From the NCBI RefSeq assembly GCF_004010195.1, contig NC_057719.1, positions 7,659,028 through 7,723,027 of the forward strand: a DNA stretch of 64,000 nucleotides, read 5' to 3'. Below the pieces are notes generated by a model that was given only the letters and a program-made list of their open reading frames with translations, ran no database searches and was not told the origin of the DNA. This document shows, piece by piece, positions 40,040 through 54,092 of the stretch. The number at the start of each line of letters is the position of its first letter. Within the stretch, counting starts at the first letter, position 1. The translations under genes were made by a program, and so were the position numbers. This DNA is from Chiloscyllium plagiosum. Its lineage: Eukaryota.

Positions 40040-41460
40040 ATAGAAACATAGAGAATAGGAGCTGCAGTAGGCCATTCAGTCCTTCCAGCCAGGTGCATCA
40101 TGGCCGATCATCCAACTCAGTCCCCTGTTCCTGCTTTTGCCCTGTATCTTTTGTTCCCTATAGCTCTACCGTCCTTCTTGAAAGCATTCAATGTTTGGCC
40201 TCAACACTTTCAGTGGCAGAGAGGTCCACTCTGTGGGTTAGGAATTTCTCTTCATCTCATTCCTAAATAGCCTGCCCCATATCCTTAGACTGTGACCCCC
40301 ACCCTGCTTCTGGACTCCACAATCATTTTGAGCATTCTTCCTGCATTTATCCTGTCTAGTTCCTGATAGAATCTTATATGTTTCCATGGAATCCTCCCTC
40401 AGTTTTCTAAACTCCAGTGAACATACTCATAACCAATCCAGTCTCTCTTCATGCATCTGTCAAGTCATTCTGATAAACCTTTGGTGCAATCCCTCCAGAG
40501 CCAGAACATCCTTCTTTGAGTATAGAAGCTGGGATGTCATTTGAGGTTGTACAGTCATTGGTGAGGCCTCGTCTGGCTTACTGTGTGCAGTTCTAGTCAC
40601 CCTGCTATAGACAGGATATTATTAAACTGGAGAGGGTTCAAAAAAGATTTACCAGGATGTTGCTGGAAATGGAAGGTTTGATTTATAAAAATAAGCTGGA
40701 TAGGCTGGGACATATTTCATTGGCGCGTCAGTGATTGAGGGGTGACCTTATAGAGGTTCATAAAATCATGAGGGGCAGAGATAAGGTGATCAGCAAAGGT
40801 CTTTTCCCTAAGGTGAGGGAGTTCAAAACTAAGGGGCATATTTTTAAGGTGAGAGGAGAAAGATTTATAAAGGACGTGAGGGGCAACATTTTCACACAGA
40901 GAGCGGTTTGTGAGTGGAATGAACTTCCAGAGGAAGCGGTGGATGCGGGTACAATTACAACATTTAAAAGACATTTGGATAAGTCCATGAATAGGAAAGG
41001 TTTTTGGGGATATGGGCCAAACGCAAGCAGGTGGGACTAGTTTAGTTTGGGAACATGGTTGGCATGAGACTGGTTGGGCCGAAGGGTCTGTTTCTGTGCT
41101 GTATGACTCTATGACTCCATAAGGAGATCAAAACTGCACATAGTTCTCCAGGTGTGGTCACACCAAGGCCCTGTACAATTGTAGTAAGACTTTCCTGCTC
41201 CTGCACTTGACTTCACTCATCATGAAGGCCAATAGATTATTTGTCTTGTTCACCAACTGCTCTACCTGGAATGCTCACCTTCAGCAACTGGTGTACATGG
41301 GCACCCAGGCCTCATTGCACTTCCCCCTTTCCCAAATCCATCACCATTCCGGTAATAATCCGCCCTCCTGGTTTTGCTACCAAACCTCACATTTATCCCC
41401 AATTTCCTTCACCTGCTGTGTATTTACTCAATCAGTCAACATGTTCAGATCTCACTGAAG
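40040..41460. mobile_element. Antisense CR1 remnant with a younger sense CR1 3' end (about 40520-41120) nested inside
   Basis: RGDLIEVHKIMRG...FTQRAVCEWNELP, followed by a (tatgactc)n tail. Confidence 0.8.
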
Positions 41461-41687
41461 TGTCTTACTGAATGAGCAATAACGCTACAGTCATCGGTTT
41501 GCTGGTCAACTGCTGGTCAATTTAGTTTTGAGGTGAAAGAGTTTTTTAACTAGACTAGATGGTATTTAACATGTTGACACCAGAGCATAGTTGATTATTG
41601 AGGTAATGAGTCCCCATACTGCCTTGTTTGGAGTAAAAAAGCCTGTATTTCAGATCTCCCACTTGAGATGGAGTTCAGATATAGATA

Positions 41688-41854
41688 TGGAAATGTGTTG
41701 CTGGAAAAGCGCAGCAGGTCAGGCAGCATCTAGGGAACAGGAGAATCGACGTTTCGGGCATTAGCCCTTCTTCAGGAATGAGGAAAGTTGGTCCAGCAGG
41801 CTAAGATAAAAGATAGGGAGGAGGGACTTGGGGGAGGGGCATCGGAAAATGCCC
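41688..41854 (-). mobile_element. Penelope pLTR fragment with intact hammerhead core
   Basis: Reverse strand attcCTGAAGAagggctaatgcccGAAAcGTCgatt; 14-bp TSD ttcagatatagata at 41674-41687 and 41855-41868. Confidence 0.8.
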
Positions 41855-43638
41855 TTCAGATATAGATAGGCCATAGTCTACCAGGCTAGAAGGGCTGAAT
41901 GTCCTACTCATGCTCTTCTGTTTTGATGCTGTAGAAATTCAGGATTCCTCATCTTAAAACTCACCACATTCCCAGGTAATTCTGCAGCTGTCCAGCAGCC
42001 AGTGATTTGCAAAATCTGGGAGGAAGTTGTCAATACTGATCACCCAACCTCAGGGAGAAGATCAGGAGAAGGGAATGATGCTTTTTGAGAAAAACACAAT
42101 GGGTTCTCCCAACAAAACAAACTGAGTAGATTTTTGAAATGGGAAAGTTTCCAGTGTCACGGGGATAGTGCAGGCATTATGGAACTCATTGCTGAACTCT
42201 CTGAAAGCGCCAGTAGAGGTGTGATAGACCGAATGGTCTCCGTCTGAGCTGCATTATTCTAAGAGTTAGACATTTGCACAGTTTAAAGTACACACTGCCA
42301 GCAAAATGATCTTTTTGTTTTAAATTCATTCACGAATGGAAACCAAAGAAAGAACATTGCGGTGTGCCAGCATACTACTCCTGTTTTTAGCTGAAACATT
42401 AGACGATTCACATTTCCTCTCTAAAGCTCATTTCTAATCCTTCTTCTTCAAGCAGCGACCAAAGAATATTTCAACAACTGACACTCAGAGCCCTCGTGCT
42501 ATTCTATTTCATGGAGTCAGAAATCATAGTAACAGGAGTAGGTGTCTCAGCTTCTCGAACCTACTCTACTATTCCACACAATCCTGGCTGATCTTCGACC
42601 TCAACTCTATTTTCCATCTCCTGCAATAGGCTTTCACACATTCCTTCTGCTGTTTGCACAGGGTGATCTGTCTGGGACATCCGAAGTAGTTGATATCTTT
42701 GTGGGTTCTTTCTTGTCCAGGTTGTGTTGTTTCACACTAAGATTCTCATCGGTGGTTGGTGCTTGCCAGATTTCCTACCTCCCTTCTACCCAGCACTTGT
42801 TTTTAAACCAGAGCTTTCTCATTGAACCACAGCTTCCATTTGTGCTGCTTGCCTTCCCTTGAGTATTGGAGTGCTCCCAGTTTGAGAATGCCTTAAACAG
42901 CTTTAGCAGCTCCTGGATAACCTTGCCACTCTCACCAAACCAGTCTTGATGTTTCCCGGTGGAGAAAGCCAAAGCTTCCATCTGATGGCTTTCAAGGCAG
43001 GCCAGGTACGATGGACATTGTGGCTCCTGTTAATTCAACAGCCCACAAGGTCAGCTCTGAGGCCCCGACAGTGAAGGCCTTTTTCCATAGATTCCCTGAT
43101 TGAGTGACATTGGATCACTGCCTGGGAATACGGTGGATCCCGGTAGAATTGAGCCATTCAAGAGGGACTGGATGATTATTTGGATAGAAATGGTGTGCAG
43201 ATATATGGTAGAAAAGGATGGAGATTGGCTCGAGGTAACAGAACTAGTACAGACACAATGGGCAGAATAACATTATTCTGTATCATTTGAATTTCCTGTA
43301 GCAGGATTTGCTGTTCTTAAGGCCAGGCAGACTAGAGATAGGAGTGGAGCTGAAAAAAAGCACAGCAGGCTAAGCTGTGTGACAGGCTGTGCTTTTTCCA
43401 ACTCCACACTTTATCAAGTCTGACTTTCCAGCATCTACAATCCTCACTATCTCGAAGACGGAGTTAGGAGACTTGATAAGGCTTGCATCTCTTCACCCAT
43501 GCCAACAGCACTGCGGTAGTAAGCTCCACAATCTCATCACTCTCCACGTAAAGTTCTGAATTCCCTATTTGACCCCATGGTGATTTTCTCACATTTACAA
43601 CCTGTAGTTCTACCTGTCTCCACAAGTGGCTCTCCCTG

Positions 43639-44273
43639 AGTGATGATGAGGTGTGTTTTGTCCTGGTTTCTCTTAGAGCAGGACTGGGTGACAGGTGACA
43701 GTCTATGAGCAGTTAAGCAACTTCTGAAGCCTTGGGGTTTCTTTTACGTTGGAACAATAGAAGCAGCCTGAATGGGTGTGGTCATGTGCTCACACATCCA
43801 GGATTTTTCATTAACTTTCAGCAGTTGTTGCTGGGGTCTCAGCCAGGATAGAAAGCAGTGAATCTCTCCCGGCCACTACACTCTCTCTCTCTCTCTGGGG
43901 AGTTGCTGCACGTATTTCTTTCTTGCTGATAGGATTGCAGATGAGACCATCTGTTTTTCTGCCTTTGCCTTTTTTGGTTAAGGTACATTTATGGAAAGTT
44001 AATGTTTTGGAACAGTTACTATTAGTCATAAAATAACCTATTATTCTGTTCAGATTTCCCATAGAGTTAAAGTTATTCCAAGTTCCTCTTTCTTTTGTTT
44101 GTATTTTAACCGTGGTATTTGAATAAACTGTGTTTTGCTTAAAGTCGAGTAGTTTGACCAATTGAATTGCAAATGGAACACGGCACCTTGCATTTACCTT
44201 AGAAATATGAAAATGTTCGGATCTAGGCTAACTTCTAAATGTATTTTGATGGGGTCTGGTCGCGAACATAACA
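43639..44273 (+). mobile_element. Solo LTR (about 635 bp)
   Basis: (a)gtgatg...cataaca termini, internal AATAAA, 4-bp flanking duplication cctg. Confidence 0.55.
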
Positions 44274-46924
44274 CCTGTCTCCACCATACCAAACTCTTTC
44301 ATCATTTTTGCAATCCCTACTTGTTCATTGCTTCTTGTATTCTGAGATAATACCCTGAAAGTTCTCAAATTTCCAATGGTGGGCAGAAATATTTTGGTGG
44401 TGAGAGAGCATTACACTATCCCTCCAATAGTTACTTGGGTATTCACCCATCTACTTGGGTATTATAAGGAGCATACAATTGAGTGGCACCATATCTATTT
44501 GAAAAGACTTGCTTGTGTTTGGTTTTACCTTTATTTTGAAAGTGAGGAACTTAAATGAAATGACAGAGTTGGATAAGCACAGACTCCATCCAACTATTAT
44601 TCTATGCTAAGCATAGAATTCCAATAGATCCAACCACTTCCCATCACTGCCATTGTGTAGGAACACCAATCCAAGCATAACATTTCAATATACGTTGCTG
44701 TTCACAGCAGAGGTTCTCAGCTATCCTATGTTTAATGTTTCATTAACTAAATATTGTTGAACCCATGGTTGGGGCTTGCTGTATTTTTGTTGGCTGATTG
44801 TTTCTGGACGAATTTCCATAACTAAAGCAATGCCCTGGCTTTCTTTACCTCTCATACTGACCCACTGAATAAATAAAGATTTGACTTAAACTCTAAGAGG
44901 TTTGAAACTATCCACTTTGGTGGAAATCCATGCGATCCTAATCCTAGAAACAAGAGTTTTGGCAAAGCTGAGGCAAGGGCCTGTCTTAAGGAGCTCTGCT
45001 CCCATGCACATCCCTATTCCTGTGACAAACTGGATTCAGAAACACTTCCATTCCAGCCATGGAGAAGCCTAGGTTGCCAGTACCCCTTCCACTAATAACC
45101 ACCATTTCCCACCAAAACCCCCCAACCCCGAAGACATCAAGGCACTTTCATGCACATCAACAGCTTCAGTGACCAATGAGTGGAAATATTCGTGCCTGCA
45201 ACCGACCTTGAATATTTGATCTTTGAACTCAGGTGAGGTCAGCTCACCACATTGCAGGTGCCAAGTCCATCCCACCCCTGTACCTGAGGAGGTGCTGCTA
45301 CTGGAGTGTAGACTGCTAAGGCTACTCATTGGCCTTACGTGAGCACTAGGTGAGTTCAGATACAAGTCAGTTCAGAGATTGCGAGCTTGTGCCTGTAGCA
45401 TGTTCCATTCCTTACATCTTTGTACTTCTTCCAAGTGCAACACAAAACTTGGCTGGACTGAGGTACTGACACATCAAAATATTTATATTGTGGAAACTGT
45501 AAAGTATATGTATTATATGTGTATACATATATATTAAAAGTTGTTTCTAAAGTGTTTGGAATGGCCTCTTTTCCTCTCCTTTCGCTGTGCCAAAGTCACT
45601 GAAGAAAATTCCATAAGATGACAAGTAATGGGTTAAAACTTCTACAGTGTTGGGGTTGTATAGGGATTTCCTGATCTCCTGGTGTAACATTGAGTTAAGA
45701 TTGTCAGAAATCTAGGAAAAACAGACCTTTATTCGACTTCTAGAAGTTTGGGAGAACTCCCTGAGCAAATTCCCTTCCAGTGATGTCTACCTCACTCATT
45801 TTTTACAAGTCAGTATTGAATTTGGGATGAACCTTCAATATTTTACTAACTTATGGTAAGGAGTGAAAGTCATTAAAAGGGAGCGCCTGTACCCTATTAT
45901 TTGGTGAGATTTTAGCTGCCCTGTAACCTCCTTCCATCTCCCCTTCTTTGACAAGGTGGCCTTGGAGTGATTCAGGAGGATGTGAAGCTTTGTTTGATGG
46001 TCACTTGAATGCTTCTGCACTGAACTTAGAGTGTCAGTGATGCCATTGTCCACGTTGGAGAGGGTAAAGGGTTGTTGTTGCGTGTAAATGCGATTCTTGA
46101 TCTACCCAATTTTCAGCTTTGCTGGCTTGTTAGCCATGACTGATACAAGAATTCTTACAGAGTTGATCATTTGTGTTGGCATGACATTTTCATGATTAAA
46201 CTTTTGCCATAACACAGCCCACTGATATGCCAATATCCCTAAATGTACCATGAGGTAATTCATAGGAGTAGGAACAGGCCATTCAACCCTTTGAGCGTGA
46301 TCGATAAAAGGTCAGTGCTCCAACAGGCTGGAAGACTACCACAGAGTGAGACTCTCATAGTGATGCAGAGGTCAACGTAGATATATTCAATCCAACCTAC
46401 CCAAATGGACTGGACTGGAGGTGAGATTATTTCCATCAGGAATGTAAAATAACTTGGTGCTAAGTGAATTTGCAACATTTTCAATCTTTTCTACTGAGGT
46501 GCACATGGTGGTTCAAATTCTTTATGGAGACTCATTTCTCACTGTCAGTTCCTCGAATTGGAAACATTTTGGCAATATTTTCAAAGTCATTGGAAAACAA
46601 AAAAAAATGATGACGTTGATGATTCAGGTCCCCATTCTACACCCAGTCCAGGACATGCCAGGATAGATTAAGTTCAAGTCAGCACCCCCTCCCTCAGCAT
46701 TCCATCTGTATATGTTCCACTTGGCAAGTCATTGAGAATGGAGTAAAGTGAAAGGGCTTTGTACATCAGAGTCCACACCTCAACGTGACATGTACCAGAT
46801 GGAGCTGTGACATTTTTTTGAGGATTCAGAAAACGGTCTGTGCCTGACGTTTCTAAAACTATGCTGGTTGGTTTAGTACCTACAACCACCCGAGTGAGAA
46901 ATGGTTATCTTTTCAACTACTCAC

Positions 46925-46999
46925 AGCAGGAAGTTCACGTCAGTGGAACAAATTTTCGTCAGGTCTGGAAATGTGTTCAGCCCGGTGTTAAAAATGCCC
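46925..46999 (-). CDS. TSHR: Thyrotropin receptor exon 5, 75 nt
   Basis: aatttcag|[27 protein letters not shown]|gtgagt. GIFNTGL is TSHR-type (LHCGR has SICNTGI). Confidence 0.94.
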
Positions 47000-47184
47000 C
47001 TGAAATTGGAGCAGAAACAGTTGACAGGTTAAAAGGTTTTAATGTGTCCATTCTGTCTGCAAAAGCACCTGATATATGATTACACAGATAAGGTATACTG
47101 TACAAGGGGAGGGGGCCACTCAGCCCACACGATTCATGTCAGTGGTCAGACTTCCCTTCAGCCTCTTCCAATCGCTCCTCAACT

Positions 47185-47632
47185 AGACCTAGTACGGCAA
47201 CTGCTCTGGCAATGACTGCAAGAAACTACAGAGAGTTGTGAACACAGCCCAGTCCATCACACAAACCAGCCTTCCATCTCTTGATTCTACCTATCCTTCC
47301 CACTGTCTCGGGAAAGCAGCCAACATAATCAATGATCCCTCCCAACCCGGTTATAATCTCTTCCATCCTCTTCCATCAGGCAGAAGATACAAAAGTTTGA
47401 AATCACATACCAACAGATTTAAGATAAGTTTCTTCCCTGCTGTTATCAGATTAATGCACAGACCTCTCATGTATTAGAGTTCACCTTTCTCTGCACCTTC
47501 TCTGTAACTGTAACACTATATTCTACATTCTGTTCTATTACCCTGATGTACTTATGTAAGCTATGATTTGCCTGGTTACAATACTGTTCACTGTATCTCA
47601 GTACGTGACAATAATAATTCAAATCAAATCTA
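47185..47632 (+). mobile_element. Rex1/Babar-like LINE 3' end
   Basis: KKLQRVVNTAQSIT...LFHPLPSGRRYKSL...SFFPAVIRL, ending in (tcaaa)n. Confidence 0.75.
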
Positions 47633-48422
47633 ATGAAATAAAACATTGTATTTCTTTCTCACTAATATGCTGTGTAACTTCCCTTAGACTATGTGTCTAG
47701 AGAATCCACTCCAGCGACACTCTCTCTCTCTGGTAGTGAATTCCACAATCTCACTACTTGATTTGGATAAGGAGGTTCATTGTTGAATATTTTATACTGA
47801 CCTCTGATGCTGGGGCTGGAGCAGCTTTGGGCTTTACCGAGCCTGATAGTCCGTTAGGGCTGAAGTCCCAATGAGGGGCAGTGGGCAGGAAATGATCACT
47901 GTAGCCTCCACTCCCAACCTAGGTCACCCCTCACACACCCACACAGATCGGATTTGCTCTGTGATTGGCTGGGCGTTCCCTCTCTGCTACCCTGCAGTAT
48001 AACGTGGACCTCTGTTGAGGTAGCACCCCAGCTTGAGGAGTCCCCGAGAGTTTCCAACTTGCCTCAGCAGCACCCATCGTGGGTTGGGGGAGGGGAGCCC
48101 AAGGCTGCCAGCTCTCTGTTTGGACCGGCTAGCTGCCTTCAAAATCCTCATGTTTGTCCCACAATCATCCGATTTGGCCCAAAGTCTGTCTCATTTCCCA
48201 TTTCAGAGCGGACTCAAAATGTAAGCATGCCAAAGGCCTCTCCCCAACTGGACAAAGGCCCTCCCTAAAAAGAGCCAGTGTGGCAAAAATACTCTGTCTT
48301 TAAAGACAAATCAAACTTAAAAGCATTTGTAATCATTAGGCACCAAACTACAAGAGCTTCCCTTACCCTAGAACCATCTACCAGAAATACCCAAGCATTC
48401 GATTTTACTTTTCTATACTTAC

Positions 48423-48497
48423 AGGTATTTCAGAACTGGGAGATTCTTGAAAGCATCTGTTTCAATGTGACTCAAGCTCTTTGTGTTCCGTATCTCT
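48423..48497 (-). CDS. TSHR: Thyrotropin receptor exon 4, 75 nt
   Basis: ttaaaacag|A-EIRNTKSLSHIETDAFKNLPVLKY-CT|gtaagt. Human equivalent [25 protein letters not shown]. Confidence 0.93.
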
Positions 48498-48807
48498 CTG
48501 TTTTAAAAATAAATGAGTTATTGGTGCATTCTGTTATTGTAGTTTATCCTCTCTTCATTTCCTCCTCTGAAGGAGCAGTACAAGTCAGAGATTGCAGCTT
48601 GTACGATCTCTGTGAGACTGTGATCAGTATGGATCAATGACAAGTACTGTATCAGTCAATCAGTAACATCTCAGCCTAGACTGTGAATGTTCTCAGACTA
48701 TGTACTGTGTCACAGACAATACCAATCCAGCCCTTACCCTACTTCAATACAAGTCCACTTTCCAGCAGGGATTGGAAAATGTGATCGGGTACCATGATTC
48801 ATTTTTA

Positions 48808-49600
48808 AAAAAATTCATTTGTGGGATGTGGGTGTTGCTGACTGGGCCCAGCATTTATTGCCCATCCCTAGTTGCCCCTTGAGAAGCTGGGGGTGAGTTG
48901 CCTTCTTGAACTGCTGCAGTCCACCTGCTATGGTTTGTCCCACAATGTCCTTAGGGAGGGAATTCCAGGAGTTTGACCCAGCGACAGGAAAGGAATGGTG
49001 ATATATTTCCAAGTCAGAAAGGTGACTGGCTTGGAGGGGAACGTAAAGGTGCTGGTGTTACAAGTACCTGCTGTCCTTGTCCTTCTAGATGGAAGTGGTT
49101 GTGGGTTTGGAAGGTGCTGTCTGAGGATCTTTTGTGAACTTCTGAAGTGCATCTTGCAGGTAGTAATGATGTGGAGGCGTTGGTGTTGGACTTGGTCAGA
49201 AGTCACATGACACCAGTTTATAGTCCAACAGGTTTATTTGAAATCACAAGCTTTCGGACTGTTACTCCTTTGTCAGGTGAAGTCACTGTTCACCTGACAA
49301 AGGAGCAGCGCTCTGAAAGGTTGTGGTTTCAAATGAATCTGTTGGGCTATAACCTGGTGTCATGTGACTTCTGACCTTGAAGATAGTAGTGAGTATCGAT
49401 GGTGGAGGGAGTGGATGTTTGTGAATGTGGTACCAAACAAATGGACTGCTTTGACCTGGGTGTGTCAATCTTCTTGAGTGCTGTTGGAGCTGCACCCAGG
49501 CAAGTGGGGAGTATTCCATCAATCTCCCGCCTTGTTCCTTGTAGATGGTGGACAGGTTTTGGGGAGTCAGGAGGTGAGTTACTCACTGCAGTATTCCTGG
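48808..49600 (-). mobile_element. Second CR1-group LINE 3' part with nested fold-back PLE cassette (about 49168-49378)
   Basis: MEYSPLAW, AAPTALKKIDT, VAGSNSWNSLP; nested family A palindrome. Confidence 0.7.
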
Positions 49601-51619
49601 CTCAGTTGTTAGTGCACTTACCTCTGAACCTCTCGGTTCAAGCCTCACTCTAGGACTTGAGGATAATGAAGACTAAGATCACAGCAGCAGTCCGGAGGGA
49701 GGGCCGAACTGTTGATGATGCTGTCTTATAATGAGATGGTAAACTGAGGTCTCACCCCGGTTGGATGCTTATCCAGTTCTGGGCCCCACCTTCTTCAAAG
49801 GATAAGAAGATAGCACAGAAAAGACTCACTGGTTGTAAGAATAATGAACTTCAAATGGATTGGGCAGTTTGGATCTGCTTTCCTTGCAAAAGAGGAGATT
49901 TGATAAAGGTTTTTGAAATCACAAGGGTCCAGACAGTGTAGACAGAGAAAAGCTATTTCCATTCATGGAAAGAAAGTGAGGCATAGGTTTAAGGTAGAAG
50001 AAGTAATGGGGATATGAGGAGAAGTAGTTGGGATGTGGAATACACTGTCTGTCAGTGTGATGGAGGCAGGTTCACCTGAGGTTTTTAAGAGAGAATGAAA
50101 TCATCAACAGACCTGGAAGAATGTTTCGGGTCATAGGGAGAAAACGGGATAGCAGCACTCAGTAACTCAGTAACTTTCAAAGAGCTAGCACAGACTTAGT
50201 GGGCCAAATAGTTCCTTTTGCGCTGAGCAAGGGGACATACTGTTAGGTCATTTTGTCTCGCAATCATCAGGAGAAAATGAGGACTGCAGATACTGGAGGT
50301 CAGAGCTGAGAGTGTGGTGCTGGAAAAGCACAGCAGTCAGGCAGCATCCAAGGATCAGGAGAATCGACATTTCGGGCAAAAGCCCTTCAGCCTTGGTTAT
50401 GAATTAGTTTTAAGAAACGTCTTGAAAGGTCAGAGAGAAAAAGACAGAGAGAAACAAAAAAAATGGTGGGATTTGCAATCCAGAACGTAGGCCTCAGGTC
50501 ACAATAGTGAAGGTGATTCTGACTGTCAGGTCCACTCTTACATCTCAAAATTAGAGGGCTCTGGCTTCAAACCTCGCTTGAGAATGTGAGCGGGAAATCT
50601 GGGCCACCTCTTCAGCCCAGTGGTGAGGGAATGCAGAAGTGTCAGAGGTGCAGTGCTTCCAAATGAGACACTGCATTACGTTCTGCCCTCCTGTTCCAGA
50701 GATTGAGGTAGATTGGTGAAGATCATATGAAGAAGGGCAGGAATTTCCTGCTGGTGCCCTACACAACGTGTCTCCTCAATCAACATTGCCCACAAAACAG
50801 GGCAAACAAATCGGTCACCTTGGTTTTCTCTGTGGGATCTTGCTTTGCACAAACATGGCAATGTAAAAATTATACACAGGGCATGGTTTACCCTCTCTAG
50901 AGGTGGTGATGACATGAAACATTTGGTTGAGTTGGCTCTAGATAGAAGCTCACTCCCTTCCTGACACTTTAACTAATTCCGTTCTGAGCATAAGGCCCAT
51001 GGGTGAGCTTCTGGATCTGCCACAATTAAGGCCCTAAAGTGGCCATGTCAGGCCCTCAACTTGCCATCTCCCTGATCTCCTGTCTTCCTGGAAGGTAAAA
51101 AGGTAGCGAGGTGCAGGATTAGTATGGCACAGTGACCTCTGGCTGAGTTCAGGCTGGGGTTACAAATGCCCCCAGTTTGAGGTGGCAAACAGAAGCCCGG
51201 ATTGGGTGGGAGGGATGGCAAAGGGATGCTCCTTCCTCTGATCCTCTTCACCCCACCACACTGCAACACTCTTCACGTGAGAAGAGTATAAAATGCAATC
51301 TTCGCTTTCTTCTGCGCTGGAACATTTCTGGACGAGTGGACTTTAGGACCCAGAACCTGTTGGTCTCTGATTGATGGGCAGTTTCTGATGACAGTTTGGG
51401 GGGCGGGGGGGGCGGGGGCATTGGCTGGCATTCAGGCTGGACATTTTGCCCAGGAACTTGCCCATTCTCAGCGAATGGACGGGTCTCTCCAGAGGTGGGG
51501 GTGGCTCTTAGCCATCAGTAAACACACCGGGCCCCAACACTTTGGGAATTTCACCCATGGGCTGAAGCACTTTGCAATGTTTCTGAACAATATGATCCTG
51601 CAAAAATAATCCTAAATCT

Positions 51620-51845
51620 TACCGGTTAACTACTTTACTATAGTGCCGTAGATCCGTTCTCGTGCAATCCAATGTTATAAGAAAATCGCATAATAGCAGC
51701 ACCATTTATAGTAATGGGGCCTGAACCACATTTAAACCAATACACGCTTTAAAACTTCATGATTTAGAAACAGTGTTCCCGATTTGTCAATCACAGTATA
51801 ACAAAATTCACATTAACGAAACACATTACAGCAGAACGGCCTGTA
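51620..51845. mobile_element. Possible Tc1/mariner (Tigger-like) MITE
   Basis: TA-flanked; right end gaacggcctg-TA; the left terminal repeat is only weakly similar. Confidence 0.35.
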
Positions 51846-52205
51846 TCTAATGCCCACTCAAACATCATGAGAAAGGAAAAGAAAAAGCCGGAAGGCCACA
51901 AATGGATTCGACACTTAGAATATGCACAAAATGTAGCATTGGATTCACTCACTGCTTTATACCAAGCGAGATTTAGAGATCAAACAGTTGCCTGAGGCTT
52001 GAAATCCTGCAAGCTGTTACGCTTTTCATGGTTCTTGGGACTTTGTTCATTTGGAAAGAGAAGGAATCTCTTAATGCCCATCAACGTTGCCTTTGTGAAG
52101 TCAGTGCTGAATACGATGGCTTCTACTCTCACTATAGAAATACTGCACCAGGAGGAGGCCATTCAGCCCCTCAAACCGTTACGAATTTTAAGTGAATCTG
52201 TGTCT

Positions 52206-52705
52206 CAATAGCATTGCCTTTATTGGTCAGTGTATTGAGTACAGGAGTTGAGAGGTCATGTTGTGGCTGTACAGGACATTGGTTCGGCCACTGTTGGAAT
52301 ATTGCGTGCAATTCTGGTCTCCTTCCTATCGGAAAGATGTTGTGAAACTTGAAAGGGTTCAGAAAAAATTTACAAGGATGTTGCCAGTGTTGGAGGATTT
52401 GAGCTACAGGGAGAGGCTGAACAGGCTGGGGCTGTTTTCCCTGGAGCATCAGAGGCTGAGGGGTGACCTTATAGAGGTTTACAAAATTATGAGGGGCATA
52501 GATAGGATAAATAGACAAAGTCTTTTCCCTGGGGTGGGGAAGTCTAGAACTGGAGGGGATAGGTTTAGGGTGAGAGGGGAAAGATATAAAAGAGACCTAA
52601 GGGGCAACTTTTCATGCAGAAGGTGGTACGTATATGGAATGAGCTGCCATAGGAAGTGGTGGAGGCTGGTACAATTGCAACATTTAAAAGGCATTTGGAT
52701 GGGTT
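52206..52705 (+). mobile_element. CR1 3' fragment in TSHR intron 3
   Basis: LYRTLVRPLLEYCVQFWSP...RLRGDLIEVYKIMRG. Confidence 0.9.
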
Positions 52706-52871
52706 GGTTGTGCTACTCACAGAAACGCTCTTTCTGAAATTTTCAATGTCCCATGACCCTCCCTGGCAATTTTGGGTTTAGAGAGACCCCACTCCCCACC
52801 CCCACCATTGCCATACGTGGTGTCACTTTTCACATTATTGGGGCCAGTAGCCTCAGGAATCATATACTCAC

Positions 52872-52946
52872 ATGTGTGTAACTTTATCCAAATTGAAGAA
52901 TGCATGTGCATCCACTTTCTGAAGTACTGCATCAATTGAAATGTAT
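52872..52946 (-). CDS. TSHR: Thyrotropin receptor exon 3, 75 nt
   Basis: cccttccag|A-YISIDAVLQKVDAHAFFNLDKVTH-AT|gtgagt. Human equivalent [25 protein letters not shown]. Confidence 0.93.
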
Positions 52947-52960
52947 CTGGAAGGGAAATG

Positions 52961-54092
52961 GAAAAGATTTACAAGGATGTGAATGGGGTTGGGAGTTTTG
53001 AGCTACAGTGAGAGGCTGAATAGGCTGGAGCTATTTTCCTGGAGCATTGGAGGCTGAGGGATGACCTTATAGAGGTTTATAAAATCATAAGGGGCATGGA
53101 TAGTTTGAATATCAAGGTCTTTTTTCCCAGAGTAGGGGAGCCCAAAACTAGAGGGCATAGGTTTAAGGTGAGAGGGGAAAGATTTAAAAGGGATCTAAAG
53201 GGCAATTTTTCACGCAGAGATTGGTGCATGTATGGAACGAGCTGCCAGAGGAAGTGGTGGAGGCTGATATAAATACAGCAATTAAAAGGCATCTGGATGT
53301 GTATATGCATAGGAAGGGTTTGGAAGGATATGGCCAAGTGCTGGCAAATGGGACTAGATTAGGTTAGGTTAGGATATCTGGGCAGCATGGACGAGTTGGA
53401 CCAAAGAGTTTTTTTTAGAATTAGAATCCCTACAGTGTGGAAACAGGCCCTTCAGCCCAACAAGTCCACACTGACCCAACCCACCCAGATCCATTCCCCT
53501 ACATTTACCCCTGACTAATGCACCCAACCCACACATTCCTGAACACTATGGGCAACTTAGAACGGCCAGTTCACCTAATCTGTACATCTTTGTGGGAGAA
53601 AACCGGAGCACCTGGAGGAAACCTCATACAGACAGTCACCCAAGGCTGGAATTGTACCCGGGTCCCTAGTACTGTGAGGCAGCAGTGCTAACCACTGTGT
53701 CACCATACCGCCCCATTACATTAGATTCCCTATAGTACTGAAATAGGCCCCTTCGGCCCAACAGGTCCACACTGACCCTCCGCAGAGTAATGCACCCAGA
53801 CCCAGTTCCCTACCCTATATTTACCACTGACGAATGCACCTCACACTGTGTGTAATTTAGCACAGCGAGTTCTCCTGACCAGCACATCTTTGGACTGTGG
53901 GAGGAAACTGGAGCACCCGGAGGAAATCCACGCAGACACGGGAAGAACGTGCAAACTCCACACAGACAATTGCCCGAGGCTGGGATCAAACTCGGATCCC
54001 TGGTGCTGTGAGGCAGCAGTGCTAACCACTGAGCCACCAAGCTGCCGTCTGATTCCATGCTGTACATGGAATATGTACTATGATTATGATTC
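52961..54092 (+). mobile_element. CR1 3' end abutting the TSHR exon 3 acceptor, tail split by two antisense HE1-like SINEs (about 53415-53714 and 53720-54040)
   Basis: KRFTRM...RDDLIEVYKII. The 3'UTR ggaccaaag resumes as gtctgattccatgctgtac at about 54046. Confidence 0.85.

Noticed and set aside
44900..46150. Possible endogenous virus or Harbinger/Myb-like coding remnant (ORFs 45069-45365 and 45835-46053)
   Set aside because: No convincing motif or splice context by eye. A translated search would be needed, so it is left uncalled.
46840..47079. Protein-like + strand ORF (79 aa)
   Set aside because: It is the antisense reading of TSHR exon 5 and flanks. The same applies to ORF 48278-48640 over exon 4.
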